NCBI RefSeq assembly: GCF_006345805.1
Contig: NC_043020.1
Location: 27,280,001 to 27,344,000, forward strand
Source of the DNA: Octopus sinensis
Lineage: Eukaryota
Direction: 5' to 3'
DNA length: 64,000 bases
The notes beneath the pieces are model-generated. The model saw only the letters and a list, made by a program, of their open reading frames with translations, had not been told where the DNA came from and did not search any database. The number at the start of each line of letters is the position of its first letter. Position 1 is the stretch's first letter. Below are positions 27,150-40,331 of the stretch, one piece after another. A program made the position numbers and the translations under genes.

Positions 27150-28480
27150 TCCTTTTGTGCTTCAAGGATAAAACTGTTCTTCCTTTGGTCAACCACTCTG
27201 GGATTTCCTCTGTTCCATCTACCAATGCATTAAATTGCTCTGCACTCAATTTATGACACCTACTAAACATTTTAATCCCAAATCCCTGACCACCATCCGG
27301 TCCTACTGCTTTCTAATTGCTCATCTTTTTGTTCATATTTCTGATGCTGTCCTCGGGGATAAGAAGCTGTTTGCTTCAGGTTGCATAGCCATTCAGCTCC
27401 AATATTGTGTCGTTGCTGTTTACTCCATAACCCATTTACAAACCGCCGACTCTCTTCTACGAGGGGAACCAATCTTTCGCATGATAAATCATCATTAATT
27501 TCTTGATAAAATATTTCTTGACCGATTCTAAACAATCGGTTTTGCTGGTATTGTTTAATCTGTCACTTGAACCAACTTAGTTCTGCTTTCTCTGCAAGAA
27601 TCCGCTACTTCAGGTCTTTATTCACAATAATCAGTCCTTTTGTATCAACGCCATACTTCTTCAATTTTCGTCCTCTTTTCCTGTCAAGTACTGACACTAC
27701 ACTGTTCAGATAGCTTATATCTTCTGATATTCTTCTTTTCTACCAACGTTGCTTATTCCCTTTTCTTTCAACCAATGCTTTGTTCTCATTAGTTTTCAAT
27801 CCCTTCCTTTCTGCAACAGTCCTACTTGCAGCCTTGATGAGTTTATTTGTCAGATGTTCTTTGTTTCGTTGTATTTCAATACCTTATAGGCGCAGGAGTG
27901 ACTGTGTAGTAAGTAGCTTGCTTACTAACCACATGGTTCCGGGTTCAGTCCCACTGCGTGGCACCTTGGGCAAGTGTCTTCTACTATAGCCTCGGGCCGA
28001 CCAAAGCCTTGTGAGTGGATTTGGTAGACGGAAACTGAAAGAAACCTGTCGTGTATATGTATATATATATATGTGTGTGTGTTTGTGTGTCTGTGTTCGT
28101 CCCCCCCCCCAAATCGCTTGACAACCGATGCTGGTGTGTTCATGTCCCTGTAACTTAGTGGTTCGGCAAAAGAGGCTGATAGAATAAGTACTAGGCTTAC
28201 AAAGAATAAGTCCTGGGGGTCGATTTGCTCGATTAAAGGCGGTGCTCCAGCATGGCCGCAGTCAAATGACTGAAACAAGTAAAAGAGTAAAAGAGAGAGT
28301 ATTGACTTTACTTGTTTCTTAGTCTCCATTGGTCAGCCTTCTTGAAGTCGCATATAAATTCTGTCTCTCTTCTACATTCAATAGATCCAGAATTATGTTT
28401 ATTATCGTCTGGCCTCCATCGTTTAAATGATCTCTGATCTCAATTCTTTCGGTTTTGAAATCAGAGTGGTCCTTCCCCTA
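27150..28480 (-). mobile_element. Degenerate R4/Dong-like non-LTR RT fragment, interrupted by a SINE at 27887-28299
   Basis: FYQEIN...EESRRFVNGLWSKQQRHNIGAEWL and EEIPEWLTKGRTVL match the pre-RT/RT domain 0-1 pattern of R4-type elements. Many stops and frameshifts. Confidence 0.55.
27887..28299 (+). mobile_element. Full-length tRNA/CORE-type SINE inserted in the R4-like fragment
   Basis: Same family. Confidence 0.88.
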
Positions 28481-28787
28481 GGCTGATTGCCATCCGAAGC
28501 TAACCACCTCAGCCAGACACTCGCCTTTCGTTCTCTTCTCCTGCCAGTTCGGCGACGGCATGCAGTTAGGCTTGTTTGTCAGAGCTGGTGGAATCGTTAG
28601 CATACAGGGTGAAATGCTTAGCGGCATTTCGTCCGTCTTCACGTTCTGAGTTCAAATTCCGCCGAGGTCGACTTTGGCTTTCATCCTTTCGGGGTCAATA
28701 AATTAAGTACCAGTGAAGCACTGGGGTCATTGTAATCGACTAGTCCCCTCCCCCAAAATTTCAGGCCCTGTGCCGTCAATAGAAAGG

Positions 28788-28853
<66 letters not shown>

Positions 28854-28890
28854 GTTATTATTATTGTTATTATTATTATTATTATCATTA

Positions 28891-28922
<32 letters not shown>

Positions 28923-29019
28923 GTTATTATTATTATTATTGTATTATTATTGTTATTATTATTTTATTATTATTATATTATTATTATTATTATTATTATT
29001 AATCTTATTATTATTATTA

Positions 29020-29052
<33 letters not shown>

Positions 29053-29219
29053 TATAGTATTGAGGTAACTCCTCCAGAAGATATAGAGTCAAAATGAAAA
29101 GAGTGCCATTATTATCAAGTGAACGATATTTCGACATCTCGTGTGTCACTTGATAACAATGGCACTCTTCTTTTTTAGTTTCTATTGTTATTATTATTAT
29201 AATTATTATCATTATCATT

Positions 29220-29281
<62 letters not shown>

Positions 29282-29362
29282 TATTATTATTACTATTATT
29301 ATCATCATTATTATCATCATCACCATTATCATCATCATCATCATCATCATTATTATTATTAC

Positions 29363-29395
<33 letters not shown>

Positions 29396-29475
29396 CATTA
29401 TCATCATTATTATCATTATCATTATCATTATTATTATCATTATCATTATTATTATCATTATTATTATTATTGTTA
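28788..29475. repeat. (ATT)n (28788-29052) and (ATC/ATT)n (29183-29475) microsatellites
   Basis: Direct reading. Confidence 0.95.
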
Positions 29476-30042
29476 TTTGTTATTGAATCAAAAGACACAT
29501 TTCCAGACACTGTTTTATTGGATAGGGTGAGTCTGGTGTGGTTGAGCTTACACACACACAGTTAGCTCTTTTGAAAGCCAATCGTTTGTTGAAGAATTAA
29601 ACTTGGTTATTTAACGACGCTACAAAAACAGAAATGCAACTCTGCAAAGAAAAACATATTGCACAAGTCAAAATAATGGCGGTAGTGGTTTTGGTGGGGG
29701 AACCTAAATAAAGAAAAACAAATACCATGGCGACAAAATTTCCGTCTGCCATATAAATTCAAAGATGTTATTTCTTTGCAGGACTCTGTTTATGTAACAT
29801 AAACAAGAAATTAGCAATAATCGCTTTAAAGTTTAGATTATACATCGAATATTATTTTTCTGTTGTGGCGGAGAAAGAAATTCAGTGTTTCTTATTTATT
29901 TTCGACGGTTTGACATTTCCACAGACATATGACCATGCGCATACGTGCGCATGCGTGTGTGTGTGTATTCATATATGTGTGCATACATACAGACAGATGC
30001 GCATACATATACATAGGAGCATGCCTCGCTGATATCTATCTA

Positions 30043-30152
<110 letters not shown>

Positions 30153-30358
30153 AATCTATATATATATATAATATATATATATATATATACGCATATATAT
30201 ATGCATAAATATATAGATATATATACATATGTATATACATATATATGTATATATATGCATATATATATATATATATATAATATATATATATATACGCATA
30301 TATATATGCATAAATATATAGATATATATACATATGTATATACATATATATGTATATA

Positions 30359-30407
<49 letters not shown>

Positions 30408-31185
30408 TACGCATATATATACGCATCAAATCGACATTACCTGTACAGGTGCACAGTGTACCATTCGTCAGATGTCAAAGAGCAAGGTCGACTTTGCCTT
30501 TCATCCTTTCGGGGTCGATAAATTAAGTACCAGTTACACACTGGGGTCGATGTAATCGACTTAATTCCTTTGTCTGTCCTTGTTCGTCCCCTCTATGTTT
30601 AGCCCCTTGTGGGCAATAAAGAAATAAGATGTCAAAGAGCAATATGAAATGGAGTGCTTTGTTCAAGAATACAACACACCGCCCGGTCTGGGAATTGAAA
30701 CCACGACGTTGCGATCCTGAGTGTAACATCCTAACCACTCGGCCACGGCGCCTCCCCAATTGCAAAACCTTTGCAGTTTGGTATATTGTGACATTTAAAA
30801 CTTCCCATCTAAATCAAGATCTAACCCGCTGTCACGAAAGAAAATCTTCGAAAATTCTTCTATCGATTGCGTTTAAGGATTTACGCAAACTTAATCTTTT
30901 CGATGCTAACTCCTTGGAGACCGTTTCTGATTCTATAATACAAAACTTCTCGTTTTAAAGCGCTCATATTTAAATTAAAACCTTCAGTTATAATTTTATA
31001 TAAGAAGATTTGGTTAAATAATGTTTCAAACACAGCTTAATGATGAAAAATTAATTATTTTAATCAAATCCCTCCAAATTATTCATTAAGTTTTTTTTTC
31101 TAAATAAAATTGATTTAGACAAACATAGGCTGTATATTTTGAAAGGGAACGGGGTAAAGAAAGGGTTTTAAAATACTTCGATGTT

Positions 31186-31595
31186 AGGAGTGGCTGTGTG
31201 GTAAGTAGCTTGCTTATGAACCACATGGTTCTGGGTTCAGTCCCATTGCGTGGCTCCTTGGGCAAGTGTCTTCTACTATAGCCTCGGGTCGACCAAAGCC
31301 TCGTGAGTAGATTAGGTAGACGAAAACTGAAAGAAGCCCGTCGTATATATGTACATATATATATATGTATGTGTGTGTATATGTTTATCTATGTTTGTTC
31401 CCCCAACATTGCTTGACAACCGATGCTGGTGTGTTTACGTCCCCGTAATTTAGCGGTTCGGCAAAAGAGACCGAAAGAATAAGTACTAGGCTTACAAAGA
31501 ATAAGTCCTGGGGTCGATTTGTTCGATCGACTAAAGGTGGTGCTCCAGCATGGCCACAGTCAAATGACTGAAACAAGTAGAAGAGTAAAAGAGAC
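31186..31595 (+). mobile_element. Full-length tRNA/CORE-type SINE
   Basis: Same family. Confidence 0.87.
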
Positions 31596-32037
31596 TAAAA
31601 GAACCTGAAGGAAAGTTATCAGACAAAACGACTGTTTTTTTTCAAATTATGTATTGCTAACTGATAGAAGATGACAACAACCACAACAAGAACAAGAACA
31701 GTAACTACGACGACGATGACGACGACCATACACGCATAAATCAAAAAGAAGACCCCCCCCAAAAAAAAAGACCACAAAAAGTAAAAAAATATATAAGAAA
31801 CCAACGAAAAGCTGTTATAGAAGACAGCGATAAAATTGCAAATGATCTACCTACGCCATCTTTAACACAATGGTTAGCCATAAACATAAATATGTCCTGG
31901 TTCTCCGTCGGTTGTGACGACGAGTGTTCCAGTAGATCCGATCAACGGAACAGCTTGCTCCTGCTCGTGAATTTAACGTGCAAGAGGTTGAGCACTCCAC
32001 AGACTCGCGTAGCCGTAACGTCGTTCCCAGGGAGATT

Positions 32038-32416
32038 CAGTGTGACGGGGCTGGCTCAGTGTGACACAGAGTGTGACAGGGCAGGCTCAGTGTGACACAG
32101 AGTGTGACAGGGCTGGCTCAGTGTGACACAGAGTGTGACAGGGCTGGCTCAGTGTGACACAGAGTGTGACAGAGCTGGCTCAGTGTGACACAGAGTGTGA
32201 CAGAGCTGGCTCAGTGTGACACAGAGTGTGACAGGGCTGGCTCAGTGTGACAGGGCTGTCTCAGTGTGACACAGAGTGTGACAGGGCTGGATCAGTGTGA
32301 CACAGAGTGTGACAGGGCTGTCTCAGTGTGACACAGAGTGTGACAGGGCTGTCTCAGTGTGACACAGAGTGTGACAGGGCTGGCTCAGTGTGACACAAAG
32401 TGTGACAGGGCTGGCC
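32038..32416. repeat. 31-bp minisatellite (AGTGTGACAGGGCTGGCTCAGTGTGACACAG), about 12 copies, inside a SINE
   Basis: Direct reading. Confidence 0.92.
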
Positions 32417-33399
32417 GATTTTGAATTACAGGTACGATTCATTTTTGTCAGCTGAGTTGACTGGAGTAACGAGTGATAATGTGTCTTGCTCAAGGACACA
32501 ATGCACCGGTAGGAATACGAACTTACGAACTTATGATCGATAACCGAATACCCCAACCACTGAACAGCGTGCCTACTCACACACATGTTTGATGGAAATG
32601 CTAACAGTTTTCTATACACCGCGCAAATTTTATTAAACTAATAGCTTTATATTATTGCTTTCAAATTTCGGCACAAGGCCAATGAGTTCCGGGGCAAGGG
32701 ATAAATCGTTTATATTGACCCCAGTGTTCAACTGATACTTATTTCATCGACTCCGAAACGGATGTAAAGAAAAGTTGGCTTCGGCAGGGAATTTGAACTC
32801 AGAACGCACAGACGGACGAAATGCCGTTAAGCATTTTGCCGAGCATGCTAACGGTTCTGCCAGCTCTCCGTCCTATACCTATATACTATTGATAACACAA
32901 ATCACATCATTTATCTTTACTCAGTTGTAAATGTTACTGAATGATATCGAAGAAAATAATTTTGCCAGAGATATAAGAGATATAAGATGAATGAAGCGCT
33001 TCGGGTGTCGTCGTTTTGAATAAATTACTGGATGCATCATTGAATGAAACTGATTATTGACTAAATTGGTCTCTGAATCATGCCAACTATTTCAGTAATT
33101 AGCAGTGATAACTTGTTCACTTCAACAATCAGTTCTGTAATAGCGAACATTTTCTTTGGGCGATAACTTTGTCCATAATTGCTATTGTTAGTGTTAAGAG
33201 AAAAGTTTGCTGAATTGAATCGTAACAGAGCTGCAGAAAAGGAGTTTTGAATATCAGAAGAGGTTGAAAGAAATCGGCTAAAACAAAAGGTAATTCTACT
33301 AGAAGTAACCGAAACTAAAAGGGCTTGCAAAGATACAACTAGAAGACTGGATTGTAGAACAAAGGAGAAGTTAGTTAATTTCTTGGCTCAAAAGCAAAA

Positions 33400-33756
33400 A
33401 GCAAGGCCATGTAGGGGGACATGGAGTTAAGTACAGGGTGGTGTTCATGTATAGAGTTCAGGCCACTTGAGGTCAAGGGAGACTTTGAACAAAGCGGTCG
33501 TCGGCATCTTCACCATCTCGTCTGACAGCTTGTTCCACGGATCCGCAACCCGGACGGAGAAAGCCCCTCTCCTTCGATTGAGATGAAATCGTCGCAAGTA
33601 GAGCTTTTCGGAATGACCCCGCAGCCGACGCTCTTGAGCAGGAGTGAAGAACAGCTCTTTCGAGAGGTTACACTTTCCGCTTATGATGTTGTGAGCGAGA
33701 ATGAGATCACCACGGCGGCGGCGTTTTTCTAGAGAATAAAGGTCGAGCGTCTTCAG
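33400..33756 (-). mobile_element. CR1-clade LINE 3' end
   Basis: Manual translation: LKTLDLYSLEKRRRRGDLILAHNII...LRGHSEKL...FSVRVADPWNKL...ELYT-stop (TGA at 33447-33445). Confidence 0.85.
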
Positions 33757-33864
33757 AAGTGATTTGACTCTGTGATTCTGTTGCAGAGTCGTTTACATGC
33801 TGCTCTGAGTTTCGTTACAGACCTTTCATTCAAGGGTTCGAATGAATGGGTGCATTGGTTTATA

Positions 33865-34215
33865 AAATGACATAGTCTCAGTCAACGACAGGAAACAGAG
33901 ATATCTCAAAAACAATGGAAATGGAACGAATCATGCTCGGCATCACGTTGCAAGACAAGAAAACCAAAGCGCCTGGATTCGACAGCTCACGAAAGTCAAC
34001 GACATCACACGAACCACCACGGAGAAACAAATATAAACAGGTCGGCCGCATCGCACAACTGAAGGATGGACAATCAGGATAACGGCATGGGCCCCAAGAC
34101 AATGGACAAAATCAAGAGGTTGACCAAAGACATGATGGCGAGATGATCTCACCCGCTACCTTCCTGGGGCCTACATGGCCACGAATGGCCAAAGACAGAC
34201 AACGATAGGAGTCTA
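33865..34215 (+). mobile_element. Degenerate RTE LINE C-terminal fragment
   Basis: MERIMLGITLQDKK..WIRQLTKVNDI...GRIAQLKDG pattern, with frameshifts. Confidence 0.65.
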
Positions 34216-35041
34216 GAGAAAAGAGAGAGAGAGAGAGAGAGAAGGGAGAGAAAGAGAGAGAGAGAAGCGAGAGAAAGAGAGAGAGAGGGAGAGAGTTAAA
34301 ATGCTTTTAGTAAATAAAACCTCCGAGTACGAATCGGGAAAGATCGACCTGACACTTCTGGTTGGCAGAAAAATATAACAAGAAGACAATATCTGAGTTG
34401 CCAAGCTAAAACTTTCAAAAATAAAATGAAAATCATGGGAGGCGGCAAGGTTGTAACCGTTGCTTTAAAAACGCTGAATGGAACCAAAATTTTAAAATTC
34501 GAAACCTGCCTTGAGGAGGGGAAAGAAAAGGAGGAGAAGGAAAAAGAAGAGGAGGACGGGGATGATGATGATGATGAGGGGACAGGGTGGAGAAGAAGAG
34601 GGAGGAGGGCTAGGAGAAGAAGGAGTAGAGGGAGGAGGACTAAGAAGAGAAGGAGGAGTAGTTAGAAGAGGAATTTGAATTTTGTAGGCATTGGTTTTTG
34701 ATTGGGTACAATCTGATTATGTTGATAAAATTTGGAAGAAAATTACTTATTTATTACCTGAAAATTGAATAAAATCCAATTTATCGATTCCATATTTATT
34801 CAAAAAATAAGTTTATTTAATTTACTTTTAAAGTAATGAATATTTTTCTTTTTGCAAATTAGCATTCGTGTCAGCATTTTGTATGAGCAGCAAGAAATTT
34901 AACAGAAGATAAATGAATAATTATTGTATGATTACTATATTTCTTGAAATATAGGTAAATGCTCAGGTGTGTGTGTTTAGGAAGGCCACTTTGCGACGAC
35001 GTAGTTTCGTGTTCAGTCCTACTAAGCGGCACCTTGGGCAT

Positions 35042-36874
35042 GAACAGACAGACGGATTAAGTCTATTACATCGACCCCAGTGCGTAACTGGTACTTATTT
35101 AATCGACCCCGAAAGGATGAAAGGCAAAGTCGACCGCGGCGGAATTTGAACTCAGAACGTAACTGCAGACGAAATACCTATTTCTTTACTACCCACAAGG
35201 GGCTAAACACAGAGAGGACAAACAAGGACAGACAAACGGATTAAGTCGATTATATCCACCCCATTGCGTAACAGGTACTTGATTTATCGACCCTGAAAGG
35301 ATGAAAGGCAAAGTCGACCGCGGCGGAATTTGAACTCACAACGTAACGGCAGACGAAATACCTATTTCTTTACTACCCATAAGGAGCTAAACACAGAGAG
35401 GACAAACAAGGACAGACAAACGGATTAAGTCGATTATATCGACCCCATTGCGTAACAGGTACTTATTTAATCGACCCCGAAGGATGAAAGCAAAGTCGAC
35501 CGCGGCGGAATTTGAACTCAGAACGTAACGGCAGACGAAATACCTATTTCTTTACTACCCATAAGGAGCTAAACACAGAGAGGACAAACAAGGACAGACA
35601 AACGGATTAAGTCGATTATATCGACCCCATTGCGAAACAGGTACTTGATTTATCGACCCTGAAAGGATGAAAGGCAAAGTCGACCGCGGCGGAATTTGAA
35701 CTCACAACGTAACGGCAGACGAAATACCTATTTCTTTACTACCCACAAGGGGCAAAACAGAGAGGACAAACAAGGACAGACAAACGATTATCGATTATAT
35801 CCACCCCATTGCGTAACAGGTACTTGATTTATCGACCCTGAAAGGATGAAAGGCAAAGTCGACCGCGGCGGAATTTGAACTCAGAACGTAACGGCAGACG
35901 AAATACCTATTTCTTTACTACCCACAAGGGGCTAAACACAGAGAGGACAACAAGGACAGACAAACGGATTAAGTCGATTATATCCACCCCATTGCGTAAC
36001 AGGTACTTGATTTATCGACCCTGAAAGGATGAAAGGCAAAGTCGACCGCGGCGGAATTTGAACTCACAACGTAACGGCAGACGAAATACCTATTTCTTTA
36101 CTACCCACAAGGCTAACACAGAGAGGACAAACAAGGACAGACAAACGGATTAAGTCGATTATATCCACCCCATTGCGTGTAACAGTACTTATTTATCGAC
36201 CCCGAAAGGAACGAAAGGCAAAGTCGACCGCGGCGGAATTTGAACTCAGAACGTAACGGCAGAAATAAATACCTATTTCTTTACTACACCAAAAGGGGCT
36301 AAACACAGAGAGGACAAACAAGGACAGACAAACGGATTAAGTCGATTATATCGACCCCAGTGCGTAACTGGTACTTATTTAATCGACCCCGAAAGGATGA
36401 AAGGCAAAGTCGACCTCGGCGGAATTTGAACTCAGAACGTAACGGTAGACGAAATACCTATTTCTTTACTGTCCACAAGGGGCTAAAGACAGAAAGGACA
36501 AACAAGGACAGACAAACGGATTAAGTCGATTATATCGACCCCAGTGCATAACTGGTACTTATTTAATCGACCCCGAAAGGATGAAAGGCAAAGTCGACCT
36601 CGGCGGAATTTGAACTCAGAACGTAACGGTAGACGAAATACCTATTTCTTTACTGTCCACAAGGGGCTAAACACAGAGAGGACAAACAAGGACAGACAAA
36701 CGGATTAAGTCGATTATATCGACCCCAGTGCATAACTGGTACTTATTTAATCGACCCCCGAAAGGATGAAAGGCAAAGTCGACCTCGGCAGAATTTGAAC
36801 TCAGAACGTAGCGGCAGACGAAATACTGTTCAGTATTTAGCCCGGTGTTCTAACGTTTCTGCCAGCTCGCCGCC
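35042..36874 (-). repeat. Concatemer of a tRNA-derived SINE: about 10 units of about 183 bp with a single intact head at the right end
   Basis: The unit contains the B-box GAGTTCAAATTCC. GACGAAATAC recurs at about 35168, 35352, 35534, 35718, 35897, 36080, 36262, 36448, 36632 and 36817. The head GGCGGCGAGCTGGCAGAA occurs only at 36874. Confidence 0.92.
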
Positions 36875-38059
36875 TTACCGCTCTAACCTGAACAAGGTTC
36901 GGAGCTTATCAGTTTGGCTGCCATCATCAGTTCTGTTCGAACTGATTTCGTATTAAGTGTAATGATACACTTTTATTGGCTAATTAAATCAATAAATAAA
37001 GAGCTATTAGCAATTAAAATGTGAAGATTTTGGTAATTTTAGCCACTCGTAAGCCACAGACACATTCATGTCTGTTTCGATAGTAAGGAGCGGAATATGA
37101 GAAATCTTTTGTCTCTCAACGTGCCTGTTGCTATAGTAACAAGCGAATCCGAGCAGTCTTTGAATAGGCTTTTATCTGCGAGGAAGCACGTGTTGACAAA
37201 TTTGACTCTGTGTTCTGTGTGATTATGGAAGGAGGCTCCCATAACTTCACCTCTATTATGGAAGCATTGAAAACGGAAGAAGATATTTCAAAAATTAAAA
37301 CCGAAAGTTAAATGTTTGTTTTTCAATGCTTAAATATCTGTTTTTTTAAAGCGTATTTTGTTCACTCTTATTTTCATACATAACATATAAACATGTACAT
37401 CTTTTGGAACGTTGTTATCTTATAAGATTTTGCTGGCAAATTTTAAAATTAACATAACATTTATTTACATGAAACAAAATTACCGGAGAACTTGCGTTTA
37501 ATTCTTCCAAATCTTTCTGTTAAAATTTGTAATGCGTTTGTCGCATGTAACGAGTTGTTTATCGCATTCGCATTAAATGCATATTGAATGCTTAAATATT
37601 TTAAAATATGTTTACTCGTTCCTTTTTGTCGTTGAGCATTGAGATAGTTGTGTTGTATGCTAAAAACAACAGCTAAATAAGATTTCTTGGACAAATCTTT
37701 TAAATTAACATAAACATTTATTTAGATGAAAGAAAAATGACCGGAGACATATCACGTGTTGTTTACAAATGTTGACAACAGGTGCTTTTTCAGGATATTG
37801 ACGACAAAATGTGCAATCACGCACAACAAAATGGCAGCTTCCAAATCCTGTTTCCTGACTGCGAGAAAAGGAAGAACATTCATATATATATATATATATG
37901 AATTTTCTTGAGTTATTTCATTTTTTCCAGAAAAATGTTTTTAGAAAAAAGTTATAGAGTTATAAAGTTTGATCCTATATATATATTTTTATTTTTTAAT
38001 TTTTTTAAAAGTTTCAGCTCAGAGCTGCGGCCATGCTGATGCACCGCCGTACATATAAA

Positions 38060-38099
<40 letters not shown>

Positions 38100-38197
38100 T
38101 ATGTATACATATATATGCATATATATATACATATATATGCATATATATATACATATATATGCATATATATGCATATATATATACATATATATGCATA

Positions 38198-38228
<31 letters not shown>

Positions 38229-38311
38229 ATATATACATACATATATATGCTATATATATAACATATATATGCATATATATATACATATATATGATATATA
38301 TATATATATAT

Positions 38312-38350
<39 letters not shown>

Positions 38351-38746
38351 TATGCATGCATGTATATACATATATATGCATATATATATACATATATATA
38401 CATATACATAGATATATGCATATATATGCATATATGTATACCTATACATATGCGCGTATATACGTATGTATGTATGTATGTAGTATGTATGTATGCATGT
38501 CTTTGCGTCTTGTGTTTGTACTCAACACCGCTTGACAACCGGTGTTGGTTTGTTTACTTCTCCGTAACATAGCAGTTCGGCAAAAACACCGATAGAATGA
38601 GTACCAGACTTTAAAAAAAAACAAAAAAACAAGAACAAATGCTTTGCTCAACATTATTTTCGTCATTGTTCGGTTTCTAACAATTTGCGAGGACATTATT
38701 ACATTATTTACATTGATGGATATTTGTCCTCATCTTGTTTGTTGTT

Positions 38747-38792
38747 AACACAACGTTTCGGCTGATGTACCCTCCAGCCTTCATCAGGTGTC
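38747..38792 (-). ncRNA. Minimal type I hammerhead ribozyme motif (Penelope-like-element type), copy 1
   Basis: Minus strand GACAC-CUGAUGA-A-GGCUG(gagggUacaU)CAGCC-GAAA-CG-UU^GUGUU. Intact core, 5-bp helix II, 5-bp helix I, palindromic AACGUU helix III. Confidence 0.75.
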
Positions 38793-38905
38793 TTGGGGAA
38801 ATTCCCAACCCAGGATCTCATTCCTTAGGTATTTTTCGATGTTGTTGTTATTATTACTATATTATTCAGATCACTGAATAATAATAATAATATAATATAA
38901 TAATA

Positions 38906-38947
<42 letters not shown>

Positions 38948-39600
38948 TAATAATAATAATTTCCCTCTCTCGAATTACCAGCCACTGCTGCAAAACTCTT
39001 TCCTACCTTCATCTTGTCGATGTTATCAACAATTCCACCCCAGAGGACTCTATGTCGGAATACGACTGCATAATAACACCCTCTCCTCATCAAACCAAGG
39101 GGAAAACGGTAACAAATCCACCGAAAGACAGACAAAACAAAATGATCACACAACAACAATATTTTCAACAATATTTAACAATAACAACACTTTTCAATAT
39201 GACTTTCAAAAATGACACTAACCGTTGGAGAAACCCTTTTAGCTTCTGTCTTCCAGCACGAACCAGCTCACCATGTGGGCAATAGTAATCGTTATCCTTT
39301 GCTCAAACCGTAAAAGCGCGCCAAAATCACACTGCCTACGCTTTAAACAGTCACGTGACCACAAAGAATTATCATTTTTTTCGTCTTCGCTTGTAAAACC
39401 AGAGAACGGTGTTCTTATTCGCGCGTCGTACGAATGAGACATTATCTGAATATAATTTTTTCGTTCGTAACACTACATACATACATACATACATACATAC
39501 ATACATACATACATACGTAGATACATACATACAACATACATACATACATACAACATACATACATAGATACATACATACATACATACATACATACATTCAT

Positions 39601-39651
<51 letters not shown>

Positions 39652-39661
39652 CATATATATG

Positions 39662-39696
<35 letters not shown>

Positions 39697-40126
39697 TATT
39701 ATATACATATATTGCATGCATGTATATACATATATATGCATATATATATACAATATATATACATATACATAGATATATGCATATATATGCATATATGTAT
39801 ACCTATACATATGCGCGTATATACGTATGTATGTATGTATGTATGTATGTATGTATGTATGTATGTATGTATGCATGTCTTTGCGTCTTGTGTTTGTACT
39901 CAACACCGCTTGACAACCGGTGTTGGTTTGTTTACTTCTCCGTAACATAGCAGTTCGGCAAAAACACCGATAGAATGAGTACCAGACTTTAAAAAAAAAC
40001 AAAAAAACAAGAACAAATGCTTTGCTCAACATTATTTTCGTCATTGTTCGGTTTCTAACAATTTGCGAGGACATTATTTACATTATTTACATTTGATGGA
40101 TATTTGTCCTCATCTTGTTTGTTGTT

Positions 40127-40172
40127 AACACAACGTTTCGGCTGATGTACCCTCCAGCCTTCATCAGGTGTC
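40127..40172 (-). ncRNA. Minimal type I hammerhead ribozyme motif, copy 2 (identical, 1380 nt from copy 1)
   Basis: Same sequence as 38747-38792. Confidence 0.75.
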
Positions 40173-40254
40173 TTGGGGAAATTCCGAACCCAGGATCTCA
40201 TTCCTTAGGTATTTTTCGATGTTGTTGTTATTATTACTATTATTATTCAGATCA

Positions 40255-40331
<77 letters not shown>

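Noticed and set aside
28310-29052. R4/Dong-like fragment near (ATT)n as evidence of TAA-repeat targeting
   Set aside because: The tract is about 300 bp from the last recognisable homology, with a SINE in between, and ATT tracts are common here.
32038-32416. 31-bp repeats of CRISPR-like length
   Set aside because: Contiguous tandem copies without spacers: a minisatellite.
35042-36874. CRISPR-like regular array
   Set aside because: Whole units are repeated with no unique spacers, there are no cas genes, the context is eukaryotic, and the units are SINE sequence.
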